Source: Nitrososphaeria archaeon (GTDB taxonomy: Archaea > Thermoproteota > Nitrososphaeria > Geothermarchaeales > JDFR-13). From it: 64,000 nt of DNA. Where the stretch lies: NCBI GenBank assembly GCA_027078545.1, contig JALWXN010000004.1, positions 1,024,001 to 1,088,000 of the forward strand, in the 5' to 3' direction. Under the pieces are notes generated by a model that did not search any database, was not told the origin of the DNA, and saw only the letters and a list, made by a program, of their open reading frames with translations. Shown in pieces: positions 1 to 9,885 of this stretch. Numbering within the stretch: the stretch's first letter is position 1; each line of letters starts with the position of its first letter. A program made the position numbers and the translations under genes.

Positions 1-74
1 TGCCCAAGACCATAGAGGTAGTGAGGCAGAGGTTCCCATACATCAGGATATGTGTCCACGGCCCCGAGACATAG
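1..74 (+). CDS. 3' end of an unidentified gene (partial; ...PKTIEVVRQRFPYIRICVHGPET*)
   Basis: Open frame from the window edge to TAG at 72-74, using codons typical of plus-strand genes here (ATA, GAG, AGG). Confidence 0.45.
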   Translation, partial: PKTIEVVRQRFPYIRICVHGPET

Positions 75-129
75 GAGATACCCGTATATGCCCATCCCAA
101 GCCTAATATGTATAGAGTGGTGGTAGGCG

Positions 130-498
130 GTGGAGGATAAGGAGCTGGAGAAGATCATGCAGAGGAAGATGATGGAGTATATGGAGAGGCTCCGCAAGAT
201 GCAGGAACAGGGATCCGAGAAGGAGAGAAGGGAAGACATCCTCGAGAAGATACGCCCACTCCTAACCAGCGATGCATACAACCACCTAAAGAAGATAAGG
301 AGTGGGAACCCCCGCCTGGGGGAGGAGATGATCAAGATCCTTATAGAGCTGCTATACCTAGGCTATCTAAGAACCCCGATAGACTACGTAGTGGTTGAGA
401 GACTCCGGAGGAAGCTTACTGGTGAGACGGGCAAGATCTACGTATATAGGAAGGGGGAGCTCAAGAACCTGGGAGACGCACTCACCGGAGACGAGTAG
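130..498 (+). CDS. PDCD5-like dsDNA-binding protein
   Basis: N-terminal EDKELEKIMQRKMMEY helix and LTSDAYNHL motif typical of the archaeal PDCD5/MTH1615 family. Confidence 0.65.
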   Translation: MEDKELEKIMQRKMMEYMERLRKMQEQGSEKERREDILEKIRPLLTSDAYNHLKKIRSGNPRLGEEMIKILIELLYLGYLRTPIDYVVVERLRRKLTGETGKIYVYRKGELKNLGDALTGDE

Positions 499-946
499 CC
501 AGGAGGGCCGCCCCCAACACGATAGCGATGCCCAGGACGATTGGGAGTATATCCACCCCACCCTTGACGGAGAAGCTGGAGGAGTAGACCTCCTCCCCAT
601 AGTCAGAGACTAGGATAAAGTAGTAGTAATCCCCAGGCTCTACATCCTCAGGCAGCCTAACGACCAGGGTTGCCTCACCACTCCTAGGGATCTCCAAGCC
701 CACCTCGATCCTGCCTAGATAGATCCTCTCAGAGCCTGGAGACGTGAGATACACCTCGAAATACTCGACCTCCCTAGGACCATCACCAATATTCTTCACG
801 TGGAGCATAACCTCCTCACCGGGTGAGAAGCTCTCACCCTCGGTGTAGCATACCAGCGACCTAGGGGCGCACTTTGGGCAGCCACCCATGACGAGGACTG
901 GGAGGAGTAGGAGTATTATCAATATTAACGTGGCCGCCCTAGCCAT
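482..946 (-). CDS. Membrane-anchored surface protein with Ig-like (CARDB-like) domain and N-terminal CxxC
   Basis: Signal peptide, GGCPKC, PGEEV..VKNIG..PGDY beta-sandwich pattern, C-terminal TM helix with basic tail. Confidence 0.6.
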   Translation of the reverse strand: MARAATLILIILLLLPVLVMGGCPKCAPRSLVCYTEGESFSPGEEVMLHVKNIGDGPREVEYFEVYLTSPGSERIYLGRIEVGLEIPRSGEATLVVRLPEDVEPGDYYYFILVSDYGEEVYSSSFSVKGGVDILPIVLGIAIVLGAALLATRLR

Positions 947-986
947 GCAAAATAATTTACTGGTGCCAGACTAATATTGTTAATCG

Positions 987-2867
987 GTGTCAGACTTGGC
1001 TGGAACCGGGTGGTACAGGAGGATCCTATGGGTAGACCTGAGCAGGGGGAAGTCCTGGGTAGAGGAGTATCCCGAGTCGATGGCCCATGAATACCTGGGC
1101 GGGAGGGGCTACGCCATACGAATACTCTGGGACAGGCTGGAGCCCGGGACGGACCCACTCTCACCGGAGAACATAATTGTATATGCGGTCGGCCCCCTGA
1201 CCGGCCTACCCCTACCCAGCAGCGGTAAGATGGTGATAGCCTCGAAATCCCCACTCACAGGTGGATATGGAGACGGAAATATAGGGACCAGGGCCGCAGT
1301 ACATCTAAGGAAGGCTGGCTACGACGCGTTGGCAGTCACTGGAAAGGCGGAGAAGCCTGTATACCTCTACATAGACGAGAAGGGTGCAGAGATACACAGC
1401 GCCGAGGACCTATGGGGGCTTAATGCGGAGGAGATCGATAACGAGCTTGGGAAGAGGCATGGACGGAGGAGCGGGATACTCACCATATGCCCGGCAGGCG
1501 AGAAGCTGGTTAGATACGCAGTAGTTATGAGTGAGAAGGACAGGGCCGGTGGGAGGCCGGGTATGGGCGCGGTCATGGGTAGCAAGAACCTCAAGGCGAT
1601 AGTGATCCATGGAGAGGGCGAGATCCCGGCGAAGGACCCGGACAGAGTGAAGGAGATAGGTAAACAGGCCTATTCAGACGTGAAGAACGCCGATAACTAT
1701 CAGCACTGGATGAGCGAGGGCACTATGGCCATCCTGATGTGGTGCCAGGAGATGTCTGTCCTACCCACCTACAACTTCAGGGAGGGCGTCTTCGACGGTG
1801 CCGAGAAGGTGAGCGGAGAGATCATGGCCAGGGAGTATAAAGTCTTCCAGAAGGGATGCCCCCAGTGCAACATGGTATGTGGAAACGTGGGTGAGGCCAA
1901 GACAGGGCCCTTCGCAGGGACGAGGGCTGAGCTGGACTATGAGAATGTTGAGATGCTCGGGCCCAACCTAGGAATAGACAGTCTAGACGAGATCATAGGC
2001 CTCGTCAGGATGGCGGACAACATGGGGTTCGACACAATCTCCCTAGGCTCCGTACTAGGCTTCGCTACCGAGGCCTACGAGAAGGGCCTCATAACAAAGG
2101 AGGACCTAGACGGGATAGAGCCTAGATGGGGCGAGACGGAGAGCTATGTAGACCTGATAAACCTGATACTTGAGAGGAAGAAGTTCGGAGACACGCTGGC
2201 CAAGGGGACCAAGCTAGCAGCCCTCAAGCTGGGCAACGGGGCGATAGGATTCGCTATGCAGGTGAAGGGCCTCGAGGCCAGTGCATACGACGCCCATATA
2301 GCACATGGGATGGCACTGGCATTCGGCACTAGCCCTATAGGAGCCCACCACAAGGATGCATGGTACATCTATAGGGAGGCCCTGAGAGGCTTCGACGTAA
2401 ACGATAGGCAGAAGGTGGAGGAGATAATCAATCTACAGAGGATTAGGGGAGGGCTCTTCGAGACATTCGTGACATGTAGATTCCCCTTCGTAGAGGTGGG
2501 GCTAAACCTCGACTACTACCCCAGGCTCCTAGAGGCCGCCACCGGGCTTAGCTACACGATGGACCAGCTCTTCAACATGGCGGACAAGATCTACGACCTG
2601 ATACGCCTCTTCTGGGTGAGGGAGTACGGCTGGTGGGACAGGCAGATGGACACACCCCCAGCCAGGTGGTTCGACGAGCCACTAACCAAGGGGCCGAGGA
2701 AGGGCGCCCACCTAGACAGGAAGATCTATAACCAGCTCCTAGACTGGTACTACGAGATAAGGGGCTGGGATGAGCGTGGAATACCCAGGAAGTCCACCCT
2801 AGAGGCTAGGGGGCTTGGAAGAGAGGCCAGAGAGATAGAGTCGATGGGTATAAAGCTCTCCCCCTAG
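987..2867 (+). CDS. aor: Tungsten-dependent aldehyde:ferredoxin oxidoreductase (AOR/FOR family)
   Basis: LGGRG, KSPLTG, GRPGMGAVMGSKNLKAI, CPQCNMVC, DNMGFDTISLG, YYEIRGWD motifs. Confidence 0.95.
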   Translation: MSDLAGTGWYRRILWVDLSRGKSWVEEYPESMAHEYLGGRGYAIRILWDRLEPGTDPLSPENIIVYAVGPLTGLPLPSSGKMVIASKSPLTGGYGDGNIGTRAAVHLRKAGYDALAVTGKAEKPVYLYIDEKGAEIHSAEDLWGLNAEEIDNELGKRHGRRSGILTICPAGEKLVRYAVVMSEKDRAGGRPGMGAVMGSKNLKAIVIHGEGEIPAKDPDRVKEIGKQAYSDVKNADNYQHWMSEGTMAILMWCQEMSVLPTYNFREGVFDGAEKVSGEIMAREYKVFQKGCPQCNMVCGNVGEAKTGPFAGTRAELDYENVEMLGPNLGIDSLDEIIGLVRMADNMGFDTISLGSVLGFATEAYEKGLITKEDLDGIEPRWGETESYVDLINLILERKKFGDTLAKGTKLAALKLGNGAIGFAMQVKGLEASAYDAHIAHGMALAFGTSPIGAHHKDAWYIYREALRGFDVNDRQKVEEIINLQRIRGGLFETFVTCRFPFVEVGLNLDYYPRLLEAATGLSYTMDQLFNMADKIYDLIRLFWVREYGWWDRQMDTPPARWFDEPLTKGPRKGAHLDRKIYNQLLDWYYEIRGWDERGIPRKSTLEARGLGREAREIESMGIKLSP

Positions 2868-2881
2868 CCAACCCCACCTTT

Positions 2882-4228
2882 CTACCTAGGCTCCAGCCTC
2901 GCGAAGAGCTCGATATGAGGTGTGTGGGGGAACATATCTATCAGGTATAGCCCGTCGGAGACCCTATACCCCCTTGAGAGGACCTCTAAGTCCCTAGCCA
3001 TACTCAGTGGGTTACAGCTGAAGTATAGGATCTCACCCACCTCCATCCTGAGGAGGGCCTCCTTAACCTCCCTCGAGAGGCCAGGCCTAGGCGGATCCAC
3101 AACCACCGTGTCGAACCTCCCAGACATCTTGGCAAGCCTATCCTCAGCCCTATCCCTGATTATAGCCACGTTCTCAGCCCCCAGCTCCTCCCTAACCACC
3201 TCAGCACTATAGACGGAGTATTCATCCACCTCCACAGAGACCACGCGGTCATACCTATCCATCAGGGTATAGCTGAAGAGCCCCACACCACTATACACGT
3301 CTAGAAGGGTGGAGCCGCCGGACGCGTGCCTCCTAGCCAGGTCTACAAGCGTGTTCGCCTGGTACGAATTCGTCTGGAAGAAGGCGTTTGGATGGATATA
3401 GAACTCTATCCCGCCCACACGCTCCCTGAGGAAGTCCCTACCATATACCGGCCTTAGGTCCCTACCCATCGAGACGTCGGTCAGGGTATCGTTCACGCTC
3501 CAGACTATCCCGGTGACGAGGTCTGAGAGCTCGGTGATCAGCCTATCCAAGCCTATGAAGCCCCCACCCTTATAGGTCACGAAGTTTACTAGTCGGTCAC
3601 CAGTATACTTCCCCTCCCTAATCACAACGTATCTGAGGAACCCCTTCTGCTTGATAATGTCGTAGGGCTCGAGGCCATACCTCTCCATATGCTCCTCCAC
3701 CCTATGGATGATCTCCACCGCTTCGGGCGACATCAAGAAACACTCGTCTAGATCCACTACCACGTCCCACCTACCAAGCATCTTAAGCCCGACCACGCCC
3801 CTTCCATCTACGACCCCGACTGGGAAGTCCATCCTGTTCCTGTAGAACCATATCTCAGGGCTCGGTATCGGCTTATGGATGGCTGGGAGAGCCACGTTAA
3901 ACTCGTCGAAGATCTCCTCAACCATCTCCCTCTTAATGACGAGCTGCCTCTGATAATCCAGGTCCTGGAACCTACACCCCCCACAGGTTCCGAAGTGTCT
4001 ACACCGTGGCTCAACCCTATAGGGGGAGGGGTCGAGAACCTCCTTCACAACGCCCCAGTACTCCCTACCCCTACGCCCCTTAGGCTTCGCGGTTACCTCT
4101 GCCAGAACGGTCTCCCCGGGGATACCATAGTGGAAATAAATCTTCCTACCGTTAGCCACGCCGTATATCCGGCCCCTATGGTCGAGGCCCCTAATCCTAA
4201 CCCTCTCCAGCGACACGGGACCCTCCAT
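2882..4228 (-). CDS. rlmD: SAM-dependent RNA uracil-C5 methyltransferase, RlmD/TrmA family, with 4Fe-4S motif
   Basis: TRAM-like N-terminus, CRHFGTCGGC...EC, FFQTN, DVYSGVG, DPPRPG, catalytic SCNP, DMFPHTPHIE. Confidence 0.92.
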   Translation of the reverse strand: MEGPVSLERVRIRGLDHRGRIYGVANGRKIYFHYGIPGETVLAEVTAKPKGRRGREYWGVVKEVLDPSPYRVEPRCRHFGTCGGCRFQDLDYQRQLVIKREMVEEIFDEFNVALPAIHKPIPSPEIWFYRNRMDFPVGVVDGRGVVGLKMLGRWDVVVDLDECFLMSPEAVEIIHRVEEHMERYGLEPYDIIKQKGFLRYVVIREGKYTGDRLVNFVTYKGGGFIGLDRLITELSDLVTGIVWSVNDTLTDVSMGRDLRPVYGRDFLRERVGGIEFYIHPNAFFQTNSYQANTLVDLARRHASGGSTLLDVYSGVGLFSYTLMDRYDRVVSVEVDEYSVYSAEVVREELGAENVAIIRDRAEDRLAKMSGRFDTVVVDPPRPGLSREVKEALLRMEVGEILYFSCNPLSMARDLEVLSRGYRVSDGLYLIDMFPHTPHIELFARLEPR

Positions 4229-4661
4229 ACCTCCTAAGGTAGAGGAAGAGGAATAGATATATTATCCATAGTGGGAAGACTAGTGAGACCCCGCCGATAA
4301 GGGGTATTATGAAGAATATAAGGTAGCCAGCCCCGACGAGTATGCTCCCCACCCTGTATAGGCTGAGCTGCTCACCACCCTTGAAATAGGCATAGAATAT
4401 TATGACGAGGCCCACAACCACAGCCAGTAGGGGGAGGAGTAGTAGCTGGGGAGCCCCTAGGACCATGGTACGTATACCCTGATTCATTATCATGTCGAGA
4501 GCCGTCGCTATCGAGAGCATGAGGACGAGGCCGTTGAACAGCCTCGAATACGCCTCACCACCAAGGGATAGGTCGAGCCTAACAACAATCTTAGCCCCAC
4601 ATTTTAGGCAGTAGACGGCCTCGTCAGGATTCTCATACCCACACTTCGGGCACGTCTTCAT
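4197..4661 (-). CDS. Zinc-ribbon membrane protein
   Basis: MKTCPKCG..AVYCLKCG ribbon followed by about 4 TM helices; start reassigned to ATG 4661. Confidence 0.75.
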   Translation of the reverse strand: MKTCPKCGYENPDEAVYCLKCGAKIVVRLDLSLGGEAYSRLFNGLVLMLSIATALDMIMNQGIRTMVLGAPQLLLLPLLAVVVGLVIIFYAYFKGGEQLSLYRVGSILVGAGYLIFFIIPLIGGVSLVFPLWIIYLFLFLYLRRYGGSRVAGEG

Positions 4662-4735
4662 AGCTGAGCACCACACTGGAAAATCTATTATAAATGATAT
4701 TCATCCAAATAAAATCTTGATTAGGGAACAGGGAC

Positions 4736-5374
4736 ATGTACGTCGTTATAGCCGGGGGAGGCGCCACAGGGCTTATCCTAGCCCAGAGACTCGAGAAGAA
4801 GAATATAGATGTGACGATCATCGAGAAGGATGTTGAGAGGTGTGACGAGCTCCTAATGAGGACACGTGCCCACGTAATAAGGGGGGACGCAACCGATCCA
4901 GAGGTCCTAGAGGAGGCCGAGATAACCAGGGCCGACCACCTAGTATGCGTGACCGGGGACGACAAGACCAACCTACTAGTAGCCACGATAGGGATGCATA
5001 TAGGGGTGGAGAACATCATCGTAAGGGTGGAGCACCCCACCTATGAGAAGATAGCCAGAGAGATGGGCTTCAAAAACCTGATCAACCCGGCCGAGATAGG
5101 AGCAACGATGATAGAGTCTGTGATCAGGGGTATCAGAGTCATAGAGATGTTCCGGATAGAGGACGACTCAGTCGATATGGAGGAGATAACCATCGATGAG
5201 AAATCGATATTCAAAGACAAGCCTTTGAAATACATCATAGAGAAGTCCAAGGACACCGTCTATCCACTCATGATCCTGAGGAACGGGGAGATAATAATAC
5301 CCGATCCAAACTATAGGCTCAAGGTCGGGGAGAAGGTCTGGGTACTCAGGAAGAGGAGGCGCTTCCTATTTTAG
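4736..5374 (+). CDS. trkA: TrkA-family K+ uptake regulatory (RCK) protein
   Basis: VVIAGGG Rossmann motif, GDATDPEVLEEA, TGDDKTNL, C-terminal TrkA_C domain. Confidence 0.9.
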   Translation: MYVVIAGGGATGLILAQRLEKKNIDVTIIEKDVERCDELLMRTRAHVIRGDATDPEVLEEAEITRADHLVCVTGDDKTNLLVATIGMHIGVENIIVRVEHPTYEKIAREMGFKNLINPAEIGATMIESVIRGIRVIEMFRIEDDSVDMEEITIDEKSIFKDKPLKYIIEKSKDTVYPLMILRNGEIIIPDPNYRLKVGEKVWVLRKRRRFLF

Positions 5375-6763
5375 GCTCCTCCAGTGGGCCGGGCTCCTCT
5401 CCCTATCCTCAACCTGCTCAGAATAGATACTATACCTACCCGTCAAGAAGTATGAGATGGCTATGGATAGCATTGCTGGGGCCATCAACTCATAGGAACC
5501 AGTCATCTCACTCACCATTATAAGGACGGCTAGTGGCGCCTTAGACACACCCCCGAAGAGGCTCACCATACCAACGATGACCATAGAAGCGGTGAACCCC
5601 TTAGGGTCAGAGACATATCCTGGGAAGAACGTGAGTATCAGTATAGAGGTTATAAGGCCCACCACACCCCCTATGAATAGTCCAGGCGCGAATACACCCC
5701 CACTACCACCACTCCCGACCGAGAAGCCGGTGGCGAGTATCTTGATAGGGATCAGGAGGAGTAGTATCGCGAGGACTGGGACGACGTCCCTATAGAGGTT
5801 GAAGTAGTAGGCCTCTCCGAATAGGCTGATGAATACCTCGCCCTCCACAAAGACCCCCATCCACTCATAGCCTCCTCCGAGGACCTGGGGGGCGAATATC
5901 GCCAATACCCCGGTCAATACTCCGCCTATGAAGGGCTTCACCGGCCTAGGTAGGGAGAGGGTCTTGAACAGCCCATGTATACCGTAGAAAACCTTTACGT
6001 AGGCCACACCAGCAATAGCCGTGAACAGCCCGAGGACGGCGAAGAATAGGAGCTCCACCACATTGGTCAGAGGCTTAAACTCCATGACGAAGACATGTTC
6101 AAACCCAGTGGCATAACCCATGACTGCATAGCCGGTCAATGCTGCTATAAAGGCGGGTATCAAGGCTTCAGCCTCGAAGTCCCTCCTATAGATCACCTCG
6201 ATAGCGAAGACAGAGGCTCCAAGAGGGGCTTTGAACATCGCCCCAATACCTGAGGCCATACCCACAAGGACAGCGGTCCTCTGGAGCTTGATGGGCGAGT
6301 TGAAGAGCCTGCTCAGGATAGATGCTATGCCACCCCCTATCTGGGCCATAGGACCCTCCCTTCCAGCGCTGCCGCCAAAGCCTATAGTTGCTATCGAGGC
6401 GAGGAACTTGGCCAGGGGAGCCAACCCACTTATGTGGCCAGCCCTCCTATGGAACGCAGCCACCACAGCGTCTGTACCATGCCCCTCAGCCTCTGGGGCT
6501 AGTGAATAGACTATCACACCCGATAAGAGCCCACCTAGACCCACTACGACAGGTGCTAGGAACCACTGGCTAGGCGGGTGGCCAGCCTCCATACCGATGA
6601 GTGTGAATACCCAGTGCTCCACGGTTAGGAGTGTGAGGTAGAAACCCACTGATACCCCACCAACCACTAGGCCGATTAAGAGTGAGAGGAGTATCTGATC
6701 CCTAATCGTACCCCTAACCCTGAAGGCCCTGACAGCCAGTCTATGCACAACGTGGAAGATCAT
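5366..6763 (-). CDS. ClC-family chloride channel / Cl-:H+ antiporter (no CBS domains)
   Basis: GHGTD, GGSAGREGP and GGSGGVFAP signature motifs; multiple TMs. Confidence 0.93.
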   Translation of the reverse strand: MIFHVVHRLAVRAFRVRGTIRDQILLSLLIGLVVGGVSVGFYLTLLTVEHWVFTLIGMEAGHPPSQWFLAPVVVGLGGLLSGVIVYSLAPEAEGHGTDAVVAAFHRRAGHISGLAPLAKFLASIATIGFGGSAGREGPMAQIGGGIASILSRLFNSPIKLQRTAVLVGMASGIGAMFKAPLGASVFAIEVIYRRDFEAEALIPAFIAALTGYAVMGYATGFEHVFVMEFKPLTNVVELLFFAVLGLFTAIAGVAYVKVFYGIHGLFKTLSLPRPVKPFIGGVLTGVLAIFAPQVLGGGYEWMGVFVEGEVFISLFGEAYYFNLYRDVVPVLAILLLLIPIKILATGFSVGSGGSGGVFAPGLFIGGVVGLITSILILTFFPGYVSDPKGFTASMVIVGMVSLFGGVSKAPLAVLIMVSEMTGSYELMAPAMLSIAISYFLTGRYSIYSEQVEDRERSPAHWRSLK

Positions 6764-7695
6764 TCATAGACACCCACGTAGCCTATGTATCCATGTGGCC
6801 TGGCTACACCCATCCTCATAATCGAGATGACCATACCATCCCCTGGGTAGCGGACACGCTCCATAACATTGCCCAGGAGATCCTTGACCACGGCGATGTC
6901 TTCATAGGCCCTGAACTCCTCCCCAGGCTTCTTATACGGCTCCACAAGCCCGGGATGTTCAGAGGAGAGGATACGCCTGATCATCCTCCTCCCCGGCCAG
7001 CTCACCTCGTCGATCCTCCTAGGCTCCTCCTCCACGACGCCCAGGCCGGCCAGGAGGTTGATCATAGCCCTTACAGATATGGATAGTAGGGAGTCATCCA
7101 TATACTCAGACCCGGGAACCTCATATGTGAATGCGGGTACACCCCTCCTGATCAGGTGTGGAGGGAGGCTATCACCAATCATATCGGCACGTATCTCGTC
7201 AACGTCAAGGGAGTCTATGACGACTGGTAGGCCTGTAGACAGGCCACGGCTATACACCTCCTCGTCCAGGTCACTCCCAAGCCTATCCACGATTATATGG
7301 GGGATACAGTTACCAGCCGCGTGCATATCCACGACGAAGTCATAGCCCTTGGAAGCCAGCTGGAAGACTGTCTTGGCTATGCTCCTACCCAGGCCAGCCT
7401 TCTCGAGCCCTGGATATACCCTGTTGATATTGATGTTTGATAGGGGCTCATTCCTACTAGCCATTAATAGTCCTAGATAATTAGGCCCGATGAGGAAGTC
7501 GGCTCCCCCACCAACTCCCGAGGAGGAGAGGTACTCCATCAGCCTCCACATCACATATATCGTGGATACCTCGCCCCCATGGACAGGCCCCGTGAAGAGT
7601 ATCCTCGGAGAACCATCCCCAATCCTTACAAGGGGAATCCTGACATCCTCACCGCTAAGGAGTTTGAAGAGGGGTATCCAGGAGACCTCCACCAT
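6760..7695 (-). CDS. Succinylglutamate desuccinylase/aspartoacylase-family (M14) metallo-deacylase
   Basis: HGGE, NINRVYPG and DMH motifs; C-terminal biotinyl-like hairpin. Confidence 0.85.
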   Translation of the reverse strand: MVEVSWIPLFKLLSGEDVRIPLVRIGDGSPRILFTGPVHGGEVSTIYVMWRLMEYLSSSGVGGGADFLIGPNYLGLLMASRNEPLSNININRVYPGLEKAGLGRSIAKTVFQLASKGYDFVVDMHAAGNCIPHIIVDRLGSDLDEEVYSRGLSTGLPVVIDSLDVDEIRADMIGDSLPPHLIRRGVPAFTYEVPGSEYMDDSLLSISVRAMINLLAGLGVVEEEPRRIDEVSWPGRRMIRRILSSEHPGLVEPYKKPGEEFRAYEDIAVVKDLLGNVMERVRYPGDGMVISIMRMGVARPHGYIGYVGVYE

Positions 7696-7769
7696 CTAGA
7701 GACGCACCCAAAATCCTTATTGGAGACCCACCACCCTATTAAGCCCCCAGCACGGAAAACTTTTTTTGT

Positions 7770-8570
7770 ATGATGAGGACGACGAAGTACCTCCCAATGC
7801 TCGACAACGAGAGGACGAAAGACATAATCATCAAGGAGCTAAGGAGCTTCTTCGAGGAGGCTGGGCTGGAGAAGGCGGTCCTAGGCCTCAGCGGAGGCGT
7901 GGACAGCAGCACGACACTCATGCTGGTCAAGGAGGCTATAGGCCCTGACAACACCCATGTATACCTACTACCCAGTAGGACAACCTCACAGGAGAGCATA
8001 GCAAACGCATTGAGAATGGTTAAGGTGGCTGGGATACCGGAGGAGAACTATAGGATAATCAATATCGAGCCGATACTCAAAACCTACACCTCCGCACTAG
8101 GCATAACAGACAAGGTGGTGAGGGGCAACACAGCCGCCAGGACGAGGATGACGATCCTATATGCAGAGGCGAAGAGGCTGGGAGCCGCAGTAATAGGCAC
8201 CGGTGATAGGAGCGAGTGGCTAATAGGATACTTCACAAAGTACGGCGACGGAGCAGCCGACATCTTCCCAATAATGGATATCTACAAGACACAGCTCAGG
8301 AGATTCGCAGAGTACCTAGGAGTACCCCCAGAGATAGCGTATAGGCCTAGCACACCCGAGTTATGGGAGGGCCAGACCGCTGAGGGGGAGCTAGGCCTAA
8401 GCTACGAGACGATCGACGACATCCTATACCTAATCTTCGACCAGGGCCTGACCAGGGACGAAGTGGTGGAGAAGGGCTTCAACGAGAGGGAGGTAGACCT
8501 AGTCCTAGAGCTACACAGGAGATCCGAACACAAGAGGAGGATGCCAAAAATAATTAGTGTGAGGGGCTAG
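7770..8570 (+). CDS. nadE: NH3-dependent NAD+ synthetase
   Basis: GLSGGVDS, N..AR.RM, GYFTKYGDG, LWEGQTAEGELG, SEHKR. Confidence 0.95.
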   Translation: MMRTTKYLPMLDNERTKDIIIKELRSFFEEAGLEKAVLGLSGGVDSSTTLMLVKEAIGPDNTHVYLLPSRTTSQESIANALRMVKVAGIPEENYRIINIEPILKTYTSALGITDKVVRGNTAARTRMTILYAEAKRLGAAVIGTGDRSEWLIGYFTKYGDGAADIFPIMDIYKTQLRRFAEYLGVPPEIAYRPSTPELWEGQTAEGELGLSYETIDDILYLIFDQGLTRDEVVEKGFNEREVDLVLELHRRSEHKRRMPKIISVRG

Positions 8571-9673
8571 GCCCCCTTCCCAGATGGCTGGGCGTACTCC
8601 TTAACCTCCTTTATCCACTTGACGTTATACTCAGGGTTCTCCAGCGTCCTGTTAATAGTTATCTCGGCTATCGAGTCCACGCTATCGGCGATCATCTGTA
8701 TATAGCTTATCATGAGCCTGAAGGAGCTGAGCAGATCCACATCATCCCTGATCGTGTTTATGAACCAACGGTCGACATCCTTAACATCCTCCCTGAACAT
8801 CCCAATCTTATTCAGGATCTCATTGGCCCTGACGATATTCAGCTCTATCAAGGCCTGCATAGAGTCGCCCACCATCATGTTGATATAGTCCAGGAGGTAG
8901 AGGATCTTATTCACAGCCTCGGGATACTTATGGAGATCCTGGAAGTCCAGCTTCCTCACAACCATGCTGAAGTCATGGATCCTATCAGCAATCTCCTCAA
9001 GGCTCTTCACGATCGCCCTATTACCCACGATGTGGTATGGATGCTCGACACCAACCTCTTTAGCCAGCCTCCAACTCTTCTGGCTCAGGAGGAGCTGCCT
9101 AACAGTGAGCCAGTAAACCCTGTCAGCCTCATCCTCCATCTTATCAACCTGCTCAATGACCGAGGGGTCACCCTCCTTTATATAAACCTCGATAGCCTCC
9201 AGCATTGAGAAGATCAGTGTATAGATCCTCCTGATCAGGCCGTTGAGCTTAAACTTTGTGGAGTCTATCAGGCACTGGACAGTGATCTTGTTAAGGCTCT
9301 GATCAACAATCTGTACACCGCTCAGCCTATTAATAGCGCTCTGAATCTCATCTATAACCCAGTTGGGCAGCCTCTGCCCATTGATATAGAACGTTATATT
9401 GTCGTGGCCCACTAGGTAGCTCCCAATCAGGATCCTCTTCACGAGACCCTTAGAAGTGATCTTAGAGACATCTACCTGGTAGCTCTCCCCAATACCTGTA
9501 TCCCCAACGTCGTTATACGGGATTATCCTGAGGGAGCCGTCATCCTCGATCCTGATGATGACGTTATCCCCCTTCTTAATCCCCTTATCCCTAACCCATG
9601 ACCTTGGGAGCGAGACCACGATAGTGCTATAGCCCAGCTTCTGGACCTTCCTGATCTCCATGTGCCCGCTCAT
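8567..9673 (-). CDS. phoU: Phosphate uptake regulator (AbrB N-terminal domain plus tandem PhoU domains)
   Basis: RKVQKLGYSTIVVSLPRSW AbrB motif; EDEADRVYWL and LEEIADR PhoU motifs. Confidence 0.9.
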   Translation of the reverse strand: MSGHMEIRKVQKLGYSTIVVSLPRSWVRDKGIKKGDNVIIRIEDDGSLRIIPYNDVGDTGIGESYQVDVSKITSKGLVKRILIGSYLVGHDNITFYINGQRLPNWVIDEIQSAINRLSGVQIVDQSLNKITVQCLIDSTKFKLNGLIRRIYTLIFSMLEAIEVYIKEGDPSVIEQVDKMEDEADRVYWLTVRQLLLSQKSWRLAKEVGVEHPYHIVGNRAIVKSLEEIADRIHDFSMVVRKLDFQDLHKYPEAVNKILYLLDYINMMVGDSMQALIELNIVRANEILNKIGMFREDVKDVDRWFINTIRDDVDLLSSFRLMISYIQMIADSVDSIAEITINRTLENPEYNVKWIKEVKEYAQPSGKGA

Positions 9674-9885
9674 TTCATATACCTAATCTACCCATGTATA
9701 TATAAAATTTACACCCCACATCGAAGTATTAAGGGGCTCCCCCCGAGTTTATACGATTAAGTGGATAGGCCAACAACATATACTGGGAGGAGGTGATTAG
9801 GGGGAGGGTTTCTATAAAGATTATATACGGATACCCCCCTATAGTATTTAAACTTGGAGCCGGAACGCATATGGGTGAATAGGAG

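Noticed and set aside
1-95. Minus-strand ORF MGIYGYLL...VWEPLPHYLYGLG, faintly resembling a PurF N-terminus
   Set aside because: The plus-strand frame ending at TAG 72-74 has much more typical codon usage, and the resemblance is too short to trust.
7770-7800. RTGATGA box-C-like words at 7770 and 32048
   Set aside because: They coincide with start codons and lack properly spaced D'/C'/D boxes.
9793-9885. 29-aa GTG ORF ending in TAG, in frame with the PINA ATPase (possible amber read-through or uORF)
   Set aside because: It contains the TATTTAAA promoter box of the ATPase, SD spacing is poor, and there is no sign of pyrrolysine machinery in the window.
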